Under the pieces are notes generated by a model. It made no database searches and had not been told where the DNA came from. It saw nothing but the letters and a program-made list of their open reading frames with translations. Source: an uncultured bacterium (GTDB taxonomy: Bacteria > Eisenbacteria > RBG-16-71-46 > CAIMUX01). From it: DNA of 64,000 nt. The stretch covers positions 1,309-65,308 of the forward strand of contig CAZVYN010000002.1 of the NCBI GenBank assembly GCA_964631125.1, in the 5' to 3' direction. Positions within the stretch are counted from its first letter, which is position 1. The number at the start of each line of letters is the position of its first letter. Positions 36,283-44,999 of this stretch are shown here, in pieces. The position numbers and the translations under genes were made by a program.

Positions 36283-37112
36283 ATGATCAGACCCGGGCGG
36301 CGGCGCGGCTCGACTTCGCGGAGGTGCTCCGCTCGCGCTGGTTGGTCTTCTGTGTGGGACTCTATTCGCTCCTCGCAGTGATCTTCATCTTCGTGGGGCT
36401 CCGCGAGTCCAGCGTCGTCGGTTTCACCGGAACGGGGCGCGTCTTGCTCTCCGTCTGCCACGGCCTCACCATCCTCCTGCCGCTCTTGGCCCTGACGGCC
36501 ACGGGGCAGGTGATCAATCGCGCCAGGGATGATGGGACGCTGGAGTTGCTCTTCGGACACCCGTTCTCTCGCGGCGACTACTTCCTGGCGCTGACGTTGG
36601 TTCGGACCACCGTCTTGCTCGCACCGTTGGTCGTCCTGGTGCTGCTCATCGCCCTGGCGGGCCGCGCCTGGCTGGGGAGCGAGCCGCCGTGGGAGTTCCT
36701 GGGCAGGAGTCTCTTGGCCAGCGCCGCGTTGATCTGGGCCTTCACCGGGATCGGCCTCTTCGTCTCGGTCCTCGTCCGGCATCCGGCGCGCGCTGTCATG
36801 ACGCTTCTCGCCATCTGGGTGGCGACCGTCGCGTTCCTCGACTTCGCGCTGATCGGAGTCATGCTCCAGTGGCGCCTGGAACCGCGGACGATCTTCTTCC
36901 TCGCCGCCCTCAATCCGGTCGAGGGGGCGCGCCTCGCGCTCCTCGTCGCGGCGGAACCTTCCCTCTCGGTCTTGGGACCGGTGGGGTTCTATCTTGCGCA
37001 CCGCCTGGGCGCCAATTGGGTGACGATCGTGGGGATCGCGTGGCCCCTCCTCGTCGGGACTCTCTCCTGGGCCGCCGCGCGCCACAACTTCGTGCACGGG
37101 GACCTGATCTGA
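36279..37112 (+). CDS. nosY: NosY, ABC-2 type permease
   Basis: ATGA overlap with nosL. There are six hydrophobic segments. The segment DDGTLELLFGHPFSRGDYF is typical of NosY/ABC-2 permeases. Confidence 0.75.
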   Translation: MNDQTRAAARLDFAEVLRSRWLVFCVGLYSLLAVIFIFVGLRESSVVGFTGTGRVLLSVCHGLTILLPLLALTATGQVINRARDDGTLELLFGHPFSRGDYFLALTLVRTTVLLAPLVVLVLLIALAGRAWLGSEPPWEFLGRSLLASAALIWAFTGIGLFVSVLVRHPARAVMTLLAIWVATVAFLDFALIGVMLQWRLEPRTIFFLAALNPVEGARLALLVAAEPSLSVLGPVGFYLAHRLGANWVTIVGIAWPLLVGTLSWAAARHNFVHGDLI

Positions 37113-37138
37113 CCCGGGCCGGGCGAAATGAGGACCAG

Positions 37139-37771
37139 ATGGCGCATCGTCTCGCGAGATTCTATGCAGCGCTCGGACACGGGCTGAACGGGAGATCCAG
37201 GCTGCTCCTGGCCTCCCTCGTCCTCCCGCTCGCGGCCAGCTTCCTCTTCCCGCTGTGGCGCATCGAGATGGAGGCCCCGCAATATCCGCGGGGGCTGCAA
37301 CTCGATATCTATGCCCACCGTCTCGACGGCGGAAACAACGGACACGACATCACCGAGATCAACAATCTCAACCACTACATCGGCATGCACCCGCTGGAGG
37401 AAAGCCGCATCCCCGAACTCGGGTGGATTCCCTTCGCATTCGGGCTCCTGGGACTCCTCGTGCTCAGGGTCGCGGCCGTCGGAACCGTTCGAGATCTGAT
37501 AGATCTCAGCGTGCTGTTGATCTACATCACGGGATTCTTCTTCGCCCGCTTCGTCCTGATGCTCTACAGCTATGGTCACGATCTCGATCCTACGGCCGCC
37601 GTCACCGTCGCGCCGTTCATGCCCGTGATCGTCGGGACCAAGCAGATCGCCAACTTCACCACCCATTCCTACCCTCACGTGGGCACGCTGCTCGTCGGCC
37701 TGTTCGCGCTGGGCGTCCTCCTCATCACGGCGCGACGAATCATGGTCGACGGAAGACAGGTGCGCATCTGA
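37139..37771 (+). CDS. Integral membrane protein of unknown function appended to the nos cluster
   Basis: The internal ATG at 37139 follows GAGGA. Four predicted TM helices are visible, with a loop reading MEAPQYPRGLQLDIYAHRLDGGNNGHDITEINNLNHYIGMHP. No family was recognised. Confidence 0.65.
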   Translation: MAHRLARFYAALGHGLNGRSRLLLASLVLPLAASFLFPLWRIEMEAPQYPRGLQLDIYAHRLDGGNNGHDITEINNLNHYIGMHPLEESRIPELGWIPFAFGLLGLLVLRVAAVGTVRDLIDLSVLLIYITGFFFARFVLMLYSYGHDLDPTAAVTVAPFMPVIVGTKQIANFTTHSYPHVGTLLVGLFALGVLLITARRIMVDGRQVRI

Positions 37772-37806
37772 AACAGCCCGAGGTGGCCCGAGGACGATTG
37801 GGGACG

Positions 37807-38226
37807 ATGGTCAGCACGACCACGCGGTACGGGCTGAGCATCGTCGGCTACCTCGTCAATCACTCGGATCGCTGGTCGCCCGTGAAAGCGATCGCGGATG
37901 GGACCGGCGTGCCGGTGAACTACCTCTCGAAGATCCTCAGCCGCTTGGCGAGGGAAGGACTGGTCGATTCGGCCAAAGGATGGGGTGGCGGGTTTCGGAT
38001 CCGCGCCGATGTCCTCGATCGCCCGATTCTGGACATTATCGTCATGTTGGAAGGACGGGCCGCCGGAGGATCGCCGCCGTGCATCTTCGGCCTCGCCCAG
38101 TGTGACGCCGAGATGCCCTGCCCGCTGCATGATCAGTGGAAAGAGGTCCGCGAGGGGTATGATCGGATGATGAGGGACACGACGATCGCGTCGCTCCGCC
38201 TCCCGGAGAATCGACGACTCGGCTAA
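37807..38226 (+). CDS. Rrf2 family transcriptional regulator (NsrR/IscR-like, probable Fe-S cluster ligands)
   Basis: The winged-helix segment reads TRYGLSIVGYLV...VKAIADGTGVPVNYLSKILSRLAREGLV. The ligand pattern is C-x6-C-x5-C-x2-H (CIFGLAQCDAEMPCPLH). Confidence 0.85.
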   Translation: MVSTTTRYGLSIVGYLVNHSDRWSPVKAIADGTGVPVNYLSKILSRLAREGLVDSAKGWGGGFRIRADVLDRPILDIIVMLEGRAAGGSPPCIFGLAQCDAEMPCPLHDQWKEVREGYDRMMRDTTIASLRLPENRRLG

Positions 38227-38240
38227 CGGAGCAGCGCAGC

Positions 38241-39767
38241 ATGCTACCTCTCATCATCCAAGGCGGTATGGGCATCGGCGTTTCCAATTGGCGGCTGGCC
38301 AACGCCGTCTCGCGGACCGGCCAGCTCGGCGTCATCTCGGGCGCGTGTCTCGATTCGGTCTTCGTGCGACGGCTACAGGATGGCGACCCGGGCGGCCACA
38401 TGCGCCGCGCCATGGAGCAGTTCCCGATTCAGCGCATCGCCGACGAAACGCTGCGGCGATTCTTTCGCGCGGACGGACGGGAGCCGGGCGAGCCGTACAA
38501 GCTGCTTCCGCTCGGGCGTCAAGCGATGCCGATCGCGCGGCAAGAGCTCACCATGTTGGCCGGATTCGTCGAAGTGTTCCTGGCGCGGGAAGGTCACGCC
38601 AATCCGGTCGGCATGAATCTCCTCGCCAAGATCCAGCTCCCCACGCTCCCGACTCTCTATGGCGCGATGCTCGCCAGCGTCGGGTACGTGCTGATGGGCG
38701 CCGGCATTCCGCGTGAGATCCCGGGCGTGCTCGATCAACTCGCGCAGCATCAACCGGCCCGATTCCGCTTCGATCTGGAAGGGCCTCCGGCGGGGACGGT
38801 CGAGTATCTCGAGTTCGACCCGCGCGTGCATTGGGCGACGACGACCACGCCGACCACGCCCCCGCCCCTCCTGCGCCCGAAGTTCTTACCGATCGTCGCG
38901 AGCAACTCTCTGGCGACCATGCTCGCCCGCAAAGCCAACGGTCGGGTGGATGGATTCGTGATCGAAGCGCCCACCGCAGGTGGCCACAACGCTCCCCCTC
39001 GCGGCGAGGCCCAGTTCAACGAGAGGGGCGAGCCGATCTACGGGGAGCGTGACGAGGTCGATCTCGTGAAGATGAAGGAGTTGGGCTTGCCGTTCTGGTT
39101 GGCGGGAGGCGCCGGTCACCCCGGTCGCCTCATCGAGGCGCAGGAGGCTGGCGCTGCCGGGATCCAAGTCGGCACGCTCTTCGCGTTCTGCGAAGAATCG
39201 GGCTTCGACCCCGCGCTCAAGCACTCGGTCCTCGACTCGGCCGCCCGCGACGAAGTGACGGTGCTCACCGACGCTCTCGCGTCCCCCACCGGCTATCCCT
39301 TCAAGGTCGTCGATTGGCCGGAGAATCTCGAACCGGACGCCCCGCGGGAACGGGTCTGCGATCTCGGATACTTGCGCATCGCGTATTCGCGAGAGGACGG
39401 AGCGGTCGGCTACCGCTGCCCGGCCGAGCCCGAAGCGGCCTACGTGGAGAAGGGCGGATCGATCGAGGAGACGGTCGGCCGTCGCTGTCTCTGCAACGCG
39501 CTCTTCTCCGCCGTCGGCCTCCCGCAGGTCCGAGCGGGGATCGTCGAGCCGCCGATCGTGACGAGCGGCGACGATCTCGCGAACATCAGCGCCTTCCTGC
39601 GCGGCCGCACGAGCTACGCAGCCGCCGATGTCGTCGCGTATCTCTTGGCGGCGCCTCCTGCGACTGTTGCACCCGCTGCACCCGCTGCACCCGCTGCGCT
39701 TGCTGCGCCTGCCGGGCCTGGCGCACCCGCCGCCCGCGCGGCTCGGGATCCTCTCGACAGTTTGTGA
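38241..39767 (+). CDS. Nitronate monooxygenase / 2-nitropropane dioxygenase-like FMN TIM-barrel protein with Ala/Pro-rich tail
   Basis: The N-terminus reads LPLIIQGGMGIGVSNWRLANAVSRTGQLGVISG. The later segment GFVIEAPTAGGHN is present. The C-terminus is PATVAPAAPAAPAALAAPAGPGAPAARAA. Confidence 0.75.
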   Translation: MLPLIIQGGMGIGVSNWRLANAVSRTGQLGVISGACLDSVFVRRLQDGDPGGHMRRAMEQFPIQRIADETLRRFFRADGREPGEPYKLLPLGRQAMPIARQELTMLAGFVEVFLAREGHANPVGMNLLAKIQLPTLPTLYGAMLASVGYVLMGAGIPREIPGVLDQLAQHQPARFRFDLEGPPAGTVEYLEFDPRVHWATTTTPTTPPPLLRPKFLPIVASNSLATMLARKANGRVDGFVIEAPTAGGHNAPPRGEAQFNERGEPIYGERDEVDLVKMKELGLPFWLAGGAGHPGRLIEAQEAGAAGIQVGTLFAFCEESGFDPALKHSVLDSAARDEVTVLTDALASPTGYPFKVVDWPENLEPDAPRERVCDLGYLRIAYSREDGAVGYRCPAEPEAAYVEKGGSIEETVGRRCLCNALFSAVGLPQVRAGIVEPPIVTSGDDLANISAFLRGRTSYAAADVVAYLLAAPPATVAPAAPAAPAALAAPAGPGAPAARAARDPLDSL

Positions 39768-39812
39768 AAAAGGTGCGACTCGCCGCGCGGCTAGTCGCAC
39801 CTTTTTTCACAA
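39762..39812. repeat. Palindromic element copy 2, positioned as an intrinsic terminator
   Basis: TTGTGAAAAAGGTGCGACT cgccgcgcggct AGTCGCACCTTTTTTCACAA. The element overlaps the TGA stop codon (39765..39767) of the upstream gene. The stem is followed by T6. Confidence 0.85.
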
Positions 39813-39952
39813 GCACACCCAGACCAAACGGCGATGGCCAGCATCGCGTCGCGGGCGAGGCGACGGCTGCCGACGGCGTCGGGTGGAGGATCTCGACCCG
39901 AGCCTGTGCGCTTTTCGCCCCTCGCCGTGTTGCCTCCTATGAAGGAGGACAC

Positions 39953-40612
39953 ATGCACCATCGATTCATCGCGTTCCATCGCTTGGTTCCCGCGCTGAAC
40001 CCCACCCGGCTCGTCTGTTGGGTCGGGGCCGTGGTCGGAGCCGGCGTCGGGGTCGTCTTCGGAGCGGGCGCCGCGTCCGCGCAGTTCAGCATCTCTCGAT
40101 TCACGGTCGACGGAGGCGGCGGGGCCGGTTCGTCGGGCGGGTTCTACGCCCTCAGCGGAACGATCGGTCAGCCGGACGCGGGCCGCCTGTCGGGCGCGAA
40201 CTTCACACTGAACGGCGGCTTCTGGATGGGCGGCGGCGGCGTTGTCTCCGGCGTCGAAGACGGCGAAGACGGCGAAGACACCGCCAGCGACGGTGAAGGG
40301 GACGGAGACGTCGCGAGCCCGACCTCCCTTCCGCTCACGTTCCGGGTCTATCCACCCAGCCCCAATCCCGTCACGGCGCAGATGGCGCTCGCCTTCGATC
40401 TGCCTACGCCGAGTTCCGTGCGCGCCGTGCTCTACGACGCATCCGGACGCCTCGTGCGGGTTCTCGCCGACGGGGCCCTCCCGGCCGGCAAGCACCAACG
40501 GAATTGGAATCGCAGCGACCAGGCCGGCGCTCGCGTCCCGGCCGGGATCTATTTCCTCCGGCTCGACGCCGGAACGGATCGAGATCAACGAAAGATCGTC
40601 GTTCTCGACTAG
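39953..40612 (+). CDS. Small secreted protein with FlgD-Ig/T9SS-like C-terminal domain
   Basis: GAAGGAGGA precedes the ATG. A signal-like segment is VVGAGVGVVFGAGAASAQ, followed by an acidic linker. The C-terminus reads YPPSPNPV...AVLYDASGRLV...GIYFLRLDAG...KIVVLD. Confidence 0.75.
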   Translation: MHHRFIAFHRLVPALNPTRLVCWVGAVVGAGVGVVFGAGAASAQFSISRFTVDGGGGAGSSGGFYALSGTIGQPDAGRLSGANFTLNGGFWMGGGGVVSGVEDGEDGEDTASDGEGDGDVASPTSLPLTFRVYPPSPNPVTAQMALAFDLPTPSSVRAVLYDASGRLVRVLADGALPAGKHQRNWNRSDQAGARVPAGIYFLRLDAGTDRDQRKIVVLD

Positions 40613-40706
40613 TCCCACCCGCCCGAAAACCGCGGGCTCGAGCACCCCTCGAGCCCGCGAGAGGAACTTCGGCCCGAGCCTCGGGCCGAGATAGGAGAAC
40701 TTCGTC

Positions 40707-42734
40707 ATGAAGACATCGCGTTGGCGCAACCGACTCTCGTCGTTCGCGCGCGCGCTCGTCGCCCTCGGACTCTGCGTGGGCTCGGCGCACGCCTTCGTCC
40801 CCGCCGAGGAGCAAGCCGCTCTGGAGATCCCGCTTCCGTACCAGCGAGAGACTCTGGTCTACGGAGCTGCGGCCACGTCGACGGCCGACCCCGAGGTCCG
40901 CGCGTCGATCGAACGCCAGCTCGGCGGGCTGTGGTCGGTGCATTCGTGGAACCGCCACGCGCGGAGTCCGCACTATGTCATCGGATCGGGCGCCGACGTG
41001 GCGCCGGCGCTCTTCGACCGATCCGACGCCGAGTCGGCCGCGCTCGCCGTGCTCAGCTCGAATGCGAGTGCGCTCCGACTCGATCCGCAACAACTCCGGC
41101 TCGACCAAGTAGTCGAGGCCGAGGACAAGTCGTCGGCGCACTTTCAACAGACCTACGAGGGATTGGACGTTGTCGGCGGCCGCGCGCACGCGACGTTCAT
41201 GAACACGGGCCGCGTCTTCGTCATGGGCTCCGACTTCTACCCGATCGAGAACTTGGAGGTCACGCCGGCCATTTCGAACGCCGACGCCGAGCGACTCGCC
41301 ATCGACGCTCTGCCGCACGCGGAGCGATCGGTCTCCTCGAAAGCGGGCGAAGAAACAGGCCTCTTCGTTCTCCCCTATCCGACGTCGGCCGACACGTTCG
41401 ATCCGCGGCTGGTCTGGAAGGTGACGGTCGAGACCGACGGTCGGAGCGGCGTCTTCCACACGTACCTCGATGCCGCTTCGGGCGAGATCCTCTGGCGCTA
41501 CAACGGCGTGCACTACGCGTTCTACGAAGGCGGAGTCGAGGCCAGAGTCCAGCACACGACGTGGTGCAACGCCGAGACGAACCAGGCGCTGAAGTACGCA
41601 GAGGTGACGATTCCGGGTCTCGGGACGACGACCTCGAACGGGAACGGCAACTGGTCGATCGAAGGGGCGGACGTCGGCTTTCGCGAGGCAAACACTCAGT
41701 TCCGCGGCCCTTTCGTCGACGTCAACCGCGCCACCGGCGGGCCGGACGCATTCATCCTCGACTTTGTCCTCCCGGGCTTCCCGACTGCTCTGAGTTGGAG
41801 TGACGCGAACTCGCGCCAGGACGAACGAGACGTTTTCGACGCAGTGGCCGACCTTCACGACTTCTTCGAGTCGATCGATCCAGGCTTCGGCTTCGCCAAC
41901 AGCCGCGTCAACGCCAACGTCGGAGTCTCGGGAGAGTGCAACGCGTTCTGGAACGGCAGCAGCATCAACTTCTACAACGCGAGCGCGAACGGCTGCGGCG
42001 GCGGCGGATGCGCGAACACCGGCGAGATCCAGAGCGTGATCCACCACGAGTACGGGCATGGCGTGCAGGATCATGTCGTCGGAGGGAGCGGGAACGAGGG
42101 GATCCACGAGGGGAACGCGGACATCCTCGCGAACTTCATGACCGACGAATCGATCATCGGCCGTGGGTTCTGTCTGAACAACTGCTCGGGCGGAATTCGC
42201 AACTCGAGCAACAGCTTCCAGTACCCGGAAGACCTGACGGGCGGAGTCCACGCCGACGGTCGGATCATCGCCGGCGTGCTGTGGAACGCGCGCCAGAATC
42301 TCGTGAGTTCCTTGGGCGCCGCGGCCGGCAAGGAACAGGCGGCGATCCTCTGGCACTGGGGCCGCAAGCTCGAGCAGCCGGGTAACCAGCCTGATCAGTG
42401 TCTCTCCATGTTCATCGCCGACGATGACAATGGCGACATCTTCGACGGTACGCCTCACTTCGACGCGATCTGCGCAGCAGTGACCGCACATGACACCGAC
42501 GGCGACGCGTTCGATTGCCCCGAGGCCGGCTCGATCTGGGTCGACTTCGACTACGTCGGTACGGAGAGCGGCACGCAAGCGCGTCCCTACAACTCACTCT
42601 TCCAAGCGCACACCGCCGCTCCGATCGACTACGTCATGAAGGTCCGAGATGGGACGTCGCCCGAGACCGGGACGCTGTCGAAACGCGGCGTGATCCGCGC
42701 CATCGGCGGAGTAGTGAAAGTCGGCGCGCAGTAG
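40707..42734 (+). CDS. Secreted zinc metalloprotease, thermolysin/fungalysin clan (M4/M36-like)
   Basis: The signal peptide is LVALGLCVGSAHA. A propeptide-like N-terminal region is present. The zinc site is VIHHEYGHGV with the downstream third-ligand block HEGNADILANF. Confidence 0.8.
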   Translation: MKTSRWRNRLSSFARALVALGLCVGSAHAFVPAEEQAALEIPLPYQRETLVYGAAATSTADPEVRASIERQLGGLWSVHSWNRHARSPHYVIGSGADVAPALFDRSDAESAALAVLSSNASALRLDPQQLRLDQVVEAEDKSSAHFQQTYEGLDVVGGRAHATFMNTGRVFVMGSDFYPIENLEVTPAISNADAERLAIDALPHAERSVSSKAGEETGLFVLPYPTSADTFDPRLVWKVTVETDGRSGVFHTYLDAASGEILWRYNGVHYAFYEGGVEARVQHTTWCNAETNQALKYAEVTIPGLGTTTSNGNGNWSIEGADVGFREANTQFRGPFVDVNRATGGPDAFILDFVLPGFPTALSWSDANSRQDERDVFDAVADLHDFFESIDPGFGFANSRVNANVGVSGECNAFWNGSSINFYNASANGCGGGGCANTGEIQSVIHHEYGHGVQDHVVGGSGNEGIHEGNADILANFMTDESIIGRGFCLNNCSGGIRNSSNSFQYPEDLTGGVHADGRIIAGVLWNARQNLVSSLGAAAGKEQAAILWHWGRKLEQPGNQPDQCLSMFIADDDNGDIFDGTPHFDAICAAVTAHDTDGDAFDCPEAGSIWVDFDYVGTESGTQARPYNSLFQAHTAAPIDYVMKVRDGTSPETGTLSKRGVIRAIGGVVKVGAQ

Positions 42735-42806
42735 TTCCCGAGACCCCACCCACTCACGAATCGAAGCTCGGCCCTCGCGTAGGGCCAGGATGAGGAGAAC
42801 TCTGTC

Positions 42807-44243
42807 ATGAGTATGTCAATTGGCCGCTTCTTCGCCCGATTGCTCGGGTTGTGCTTGATCCTTGGCGCTGTCTCCGCCTCCGCACAGACGCCGCTGGGCA
42901 CGGAGTTCAGCTACCAAGGAAGTCTCGAATTGTCCGGCGCTCCGGTCACCGGGACCGCCGACTTCCAGATCAAACTCTTCGGCGCCGTCACCGGCGGCAG
43001 TCAGGTCGGTTCGACGCAGGCCTTGAACGGCGTGGCGGTCGGCGCCGGCGTCTTCACCGTCTCGTTGGACTTCGGCGTGAGCGCGTTCACCGGCGACAAG
43101 CGCTGGCTGGAGATCGCGGTGCGGAGTCCCGCGGGTAGCGGCTCGTTCGTCACGCTGACTCCGCGGCAGCCGCTGACCGCGGCGCCGTATGCCTTGAAGA
43201 CGCGCGGCGTCGACGGATTCTCCCTCGATGCTTCCGACGGAACACCGACGGACGCCCTCATCGTCGACGCAGCCGGCAAGGTCGGCATCGGCACGGCGTC
43301 GCCCGCGACGACGGTCCACCTTCGGAGCGCTGAGCCGGTCATGCTCCTGCAGGACACGGACGCGCCGGCGAACCAATCGGGATACGTCGGATTCTGGAAC
43401 AGCGCTTCCGCTGAGACCGGATGGGTCGGTTTCGGCACGCCCGGAAGTCCACACTTCTCGGTGTTGAACGCCCGCAGCGGCGGCAACATCGAACTCGTTC
43501 CCGGCAGCGGCGGCAACCTGAGAGTGTTCCCCCAGACGGAGGTGTTCACGGTCACATCGAGCGGCAACGTGGGAATCGGCACGATCAATCCCGCCATGCC
43601 GCTCCAGGTCCGTCGCGAGGAACCTGTCTTGATTCTCCAAGATTCCGGTCCGGTCTCCACTCAGTCCGGCTACCTCGGTTTCTGGAACAGCAACTCGAGC
43701 GAAACGGCCTGGGCCGGTTTCGGCACGCCCGGCAGTCCGCACTTCACGGTCCGCAACGCGCGTGCGGGAGGAAGCATCGTGCTCTCCCCGGGCGCGGGCG
43801 GCGTCGTGAGCGTCCCGGTGCTCGAGATCACCGGCGCCGACTTGGCGGAGCGATTCCCCAGTTCGGACGAAGTCGAGCCGGGCATGGTGGTCGCGCTCGA
43901 TCCGAACAACCGCGGCCAGATCTGCCTCGCGCGAGGCGCCTACAACCGCCGCGTCGCGGGCGTCGTCAGCGGGGCGAACGACTTCGCCGCCGGCGCGGTC
44001 CTCGGCAACTTGCCCGGACACGAAGACGCCCCGGCGATCGCGCTCTCGGGCCGCGTCTACGTTCGCTGCGATGCGGCTCAGGGCGCGATCGAGATCGGAG
44101 ACCTGCTGACGACCTCCGACACCGCGGGCTATGCGATGAAGGCCGAAGACCGCGAGCGTGCGCACGGCGCGATCATCGGCAAGGCGATGGAGAACCTCTC
44201 CGAAGGCCGCGGACTCATCCTCGTCCTGGTGAATCTGCAGTAG
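42807..44243 (+). CDS. Secreted tail-fibre-like repeat protein
   Basis: The signal peptide is LILGAVSASAQ. Two tandem repeats of about 95 aa (43275..43562 and 43563..43836) each read VGIGT...GY[VL]GFWNS...GFGTPGSPHF. A conserved C-terminal module reads GADLAERF...AGVVSG...GRVYVRCD...GDLLTTSDTAGYAMKA. Confidence 0.7.
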   Translation: MSMSIGRFFARLLGLCLILGAVSASAQTPLGTEFSYQGSLELSGAPVTGTADFQIKLFGAVTGGSQVGSTQALNGVAVGAGVFTVSLDFGVSAFTGDKRWLEIAVRSPAGSGSFVTLTPRQPLTAAPYALKTRGVDGFSLDASDGTPTDALIVDAAGKVGIGTASPATTVHLRSAEPVMLLQDTDAPANQSGYVGFWNSASAETGWVGFGTPGSPHFSVLNARSGGNIELVPGSGGNLRVFPQTEVFTVTSSGNVGIGTINPAMPLQVRREEPVLILQDSGPVSTQSGYLGFWNSNSSETAWAGFGTPGSPHFTVRNARAGGSIVLSPGAGGVVSVPVLEITGADLAERFPSSDEVEPGMVVALDPNNRGQICLARGAYNRRVAGVVSGANDFAAGAVLGNLPGHEDAPAIALSGRVYVRCDAAQGAIEIGDLLTTSDTAGYAMKAEDRERAHGAIIGKAMENLSEGRGLILVLVNLQ

Positions 44244-44288
44244 CGGGTCGGTTCGGCGAATGCGCAGGCGGCGGGCGCGAACTGCCGC

Positions 44289-44999
44289 CTACGCCCCCGC
44301 CTCCAACCGCCGCGCCATCGGGAAGAGCAGGTTGTTCTCCGCGTGGATGTGCTGGTGCGTGTCCGCCTCCAGTCGCGCCATCGCCTCGTAGAACGCGTGG
44401 TAGGTCGGACACCCGTCGCTCGGCACGACGAACCCGGCGGTCGCGGATCGCAACTCGGCGAGGATCTCACCCACTCTCTCGTGCTCGAACTCCATCATCT
44501 CGATCGGCCCCTGCACCGGCGGCCGACCCGGGAGCGGACCTCCGCGACTCGCCAACTCCAGGATCCAAGGGAAGAGCACTTGCTCCTCCTTCAGCAGATG
44601 CGGCTCGAGATCGGCGCGCAGTTCCCCGCAGGCGACGACGACCGCCGCGAGTTCGGGATGTCGCTCGCCATGCGCCTTCTGCACCTTCGTGGCCAGCTCG
44701 GTCAGGCGCGGAAGCTCGGCCTTCAGATACGCGTGGTGGGTCTCGAGGATGTAGCGGATCAACTCGACCGGCCCGGTCGGCAACGCCGCGGGAGCCGCCG
44801 CCGAGTTGGCGTCGGTATTCGCGTCGGAGGCCGCCAGTTCGTCGATCACCGCCGCGAGCGGGATCGCACCCGCTTCGCAAGCCTGCGCCAGCGTCTTCTT
44901 GCCCTGGCAGCAGTAGTCGATGGCGCGCTGTTCGAAGACGCGCGCGCGCGCCGGCCGTTCGAGCACGAGTTGGCCGACCGGACTGTTCTCGTAGTTCAT
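44289..44999 (-). CDS. ric: Repair-of-iron-centres (RIC) di-iron hemerythrin-like protein (YtfE/ScdA family)
   Basis: The N-terminal ScdA_N-like segment reads RVFEQRAIDYCCQGKKTLAQAC. Hemerythrin-type His/Glu blocks are present (ILETHHAYLKAELP, KEEQVLFP, HIHAENNLLFP). Confidence 0.85.
   Translation of the reverse strand: MNYENSPVGQLVLERPARARVFEQRAIDYCCQGKKTLAQACEAGAIPLAAVIDELAASDANTDANSAAAPAALPTGPVELIRYILETHHAYLKAELPRLTELATKVQKAHGERHPELAAVVVACGELRADLEPHLLKEEQVLFPWILELASRGGPLPGRPPVQGPIEMMEFEHERVGEILAELRSATAGFVVPSDGCPTYHAFYEAMARLEADTHQHIHAENNLLFPMARRLEAGA

Noticed and set aside
42807-44243. Prophage or tailocin, suggested by the tail-fibre-like gene
   Set aside because: No terminase, capsid, portal, sheath, baseplate, integrase or lysis genes are present within the window. 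The flanking genes are ordinary secreted enzymes.
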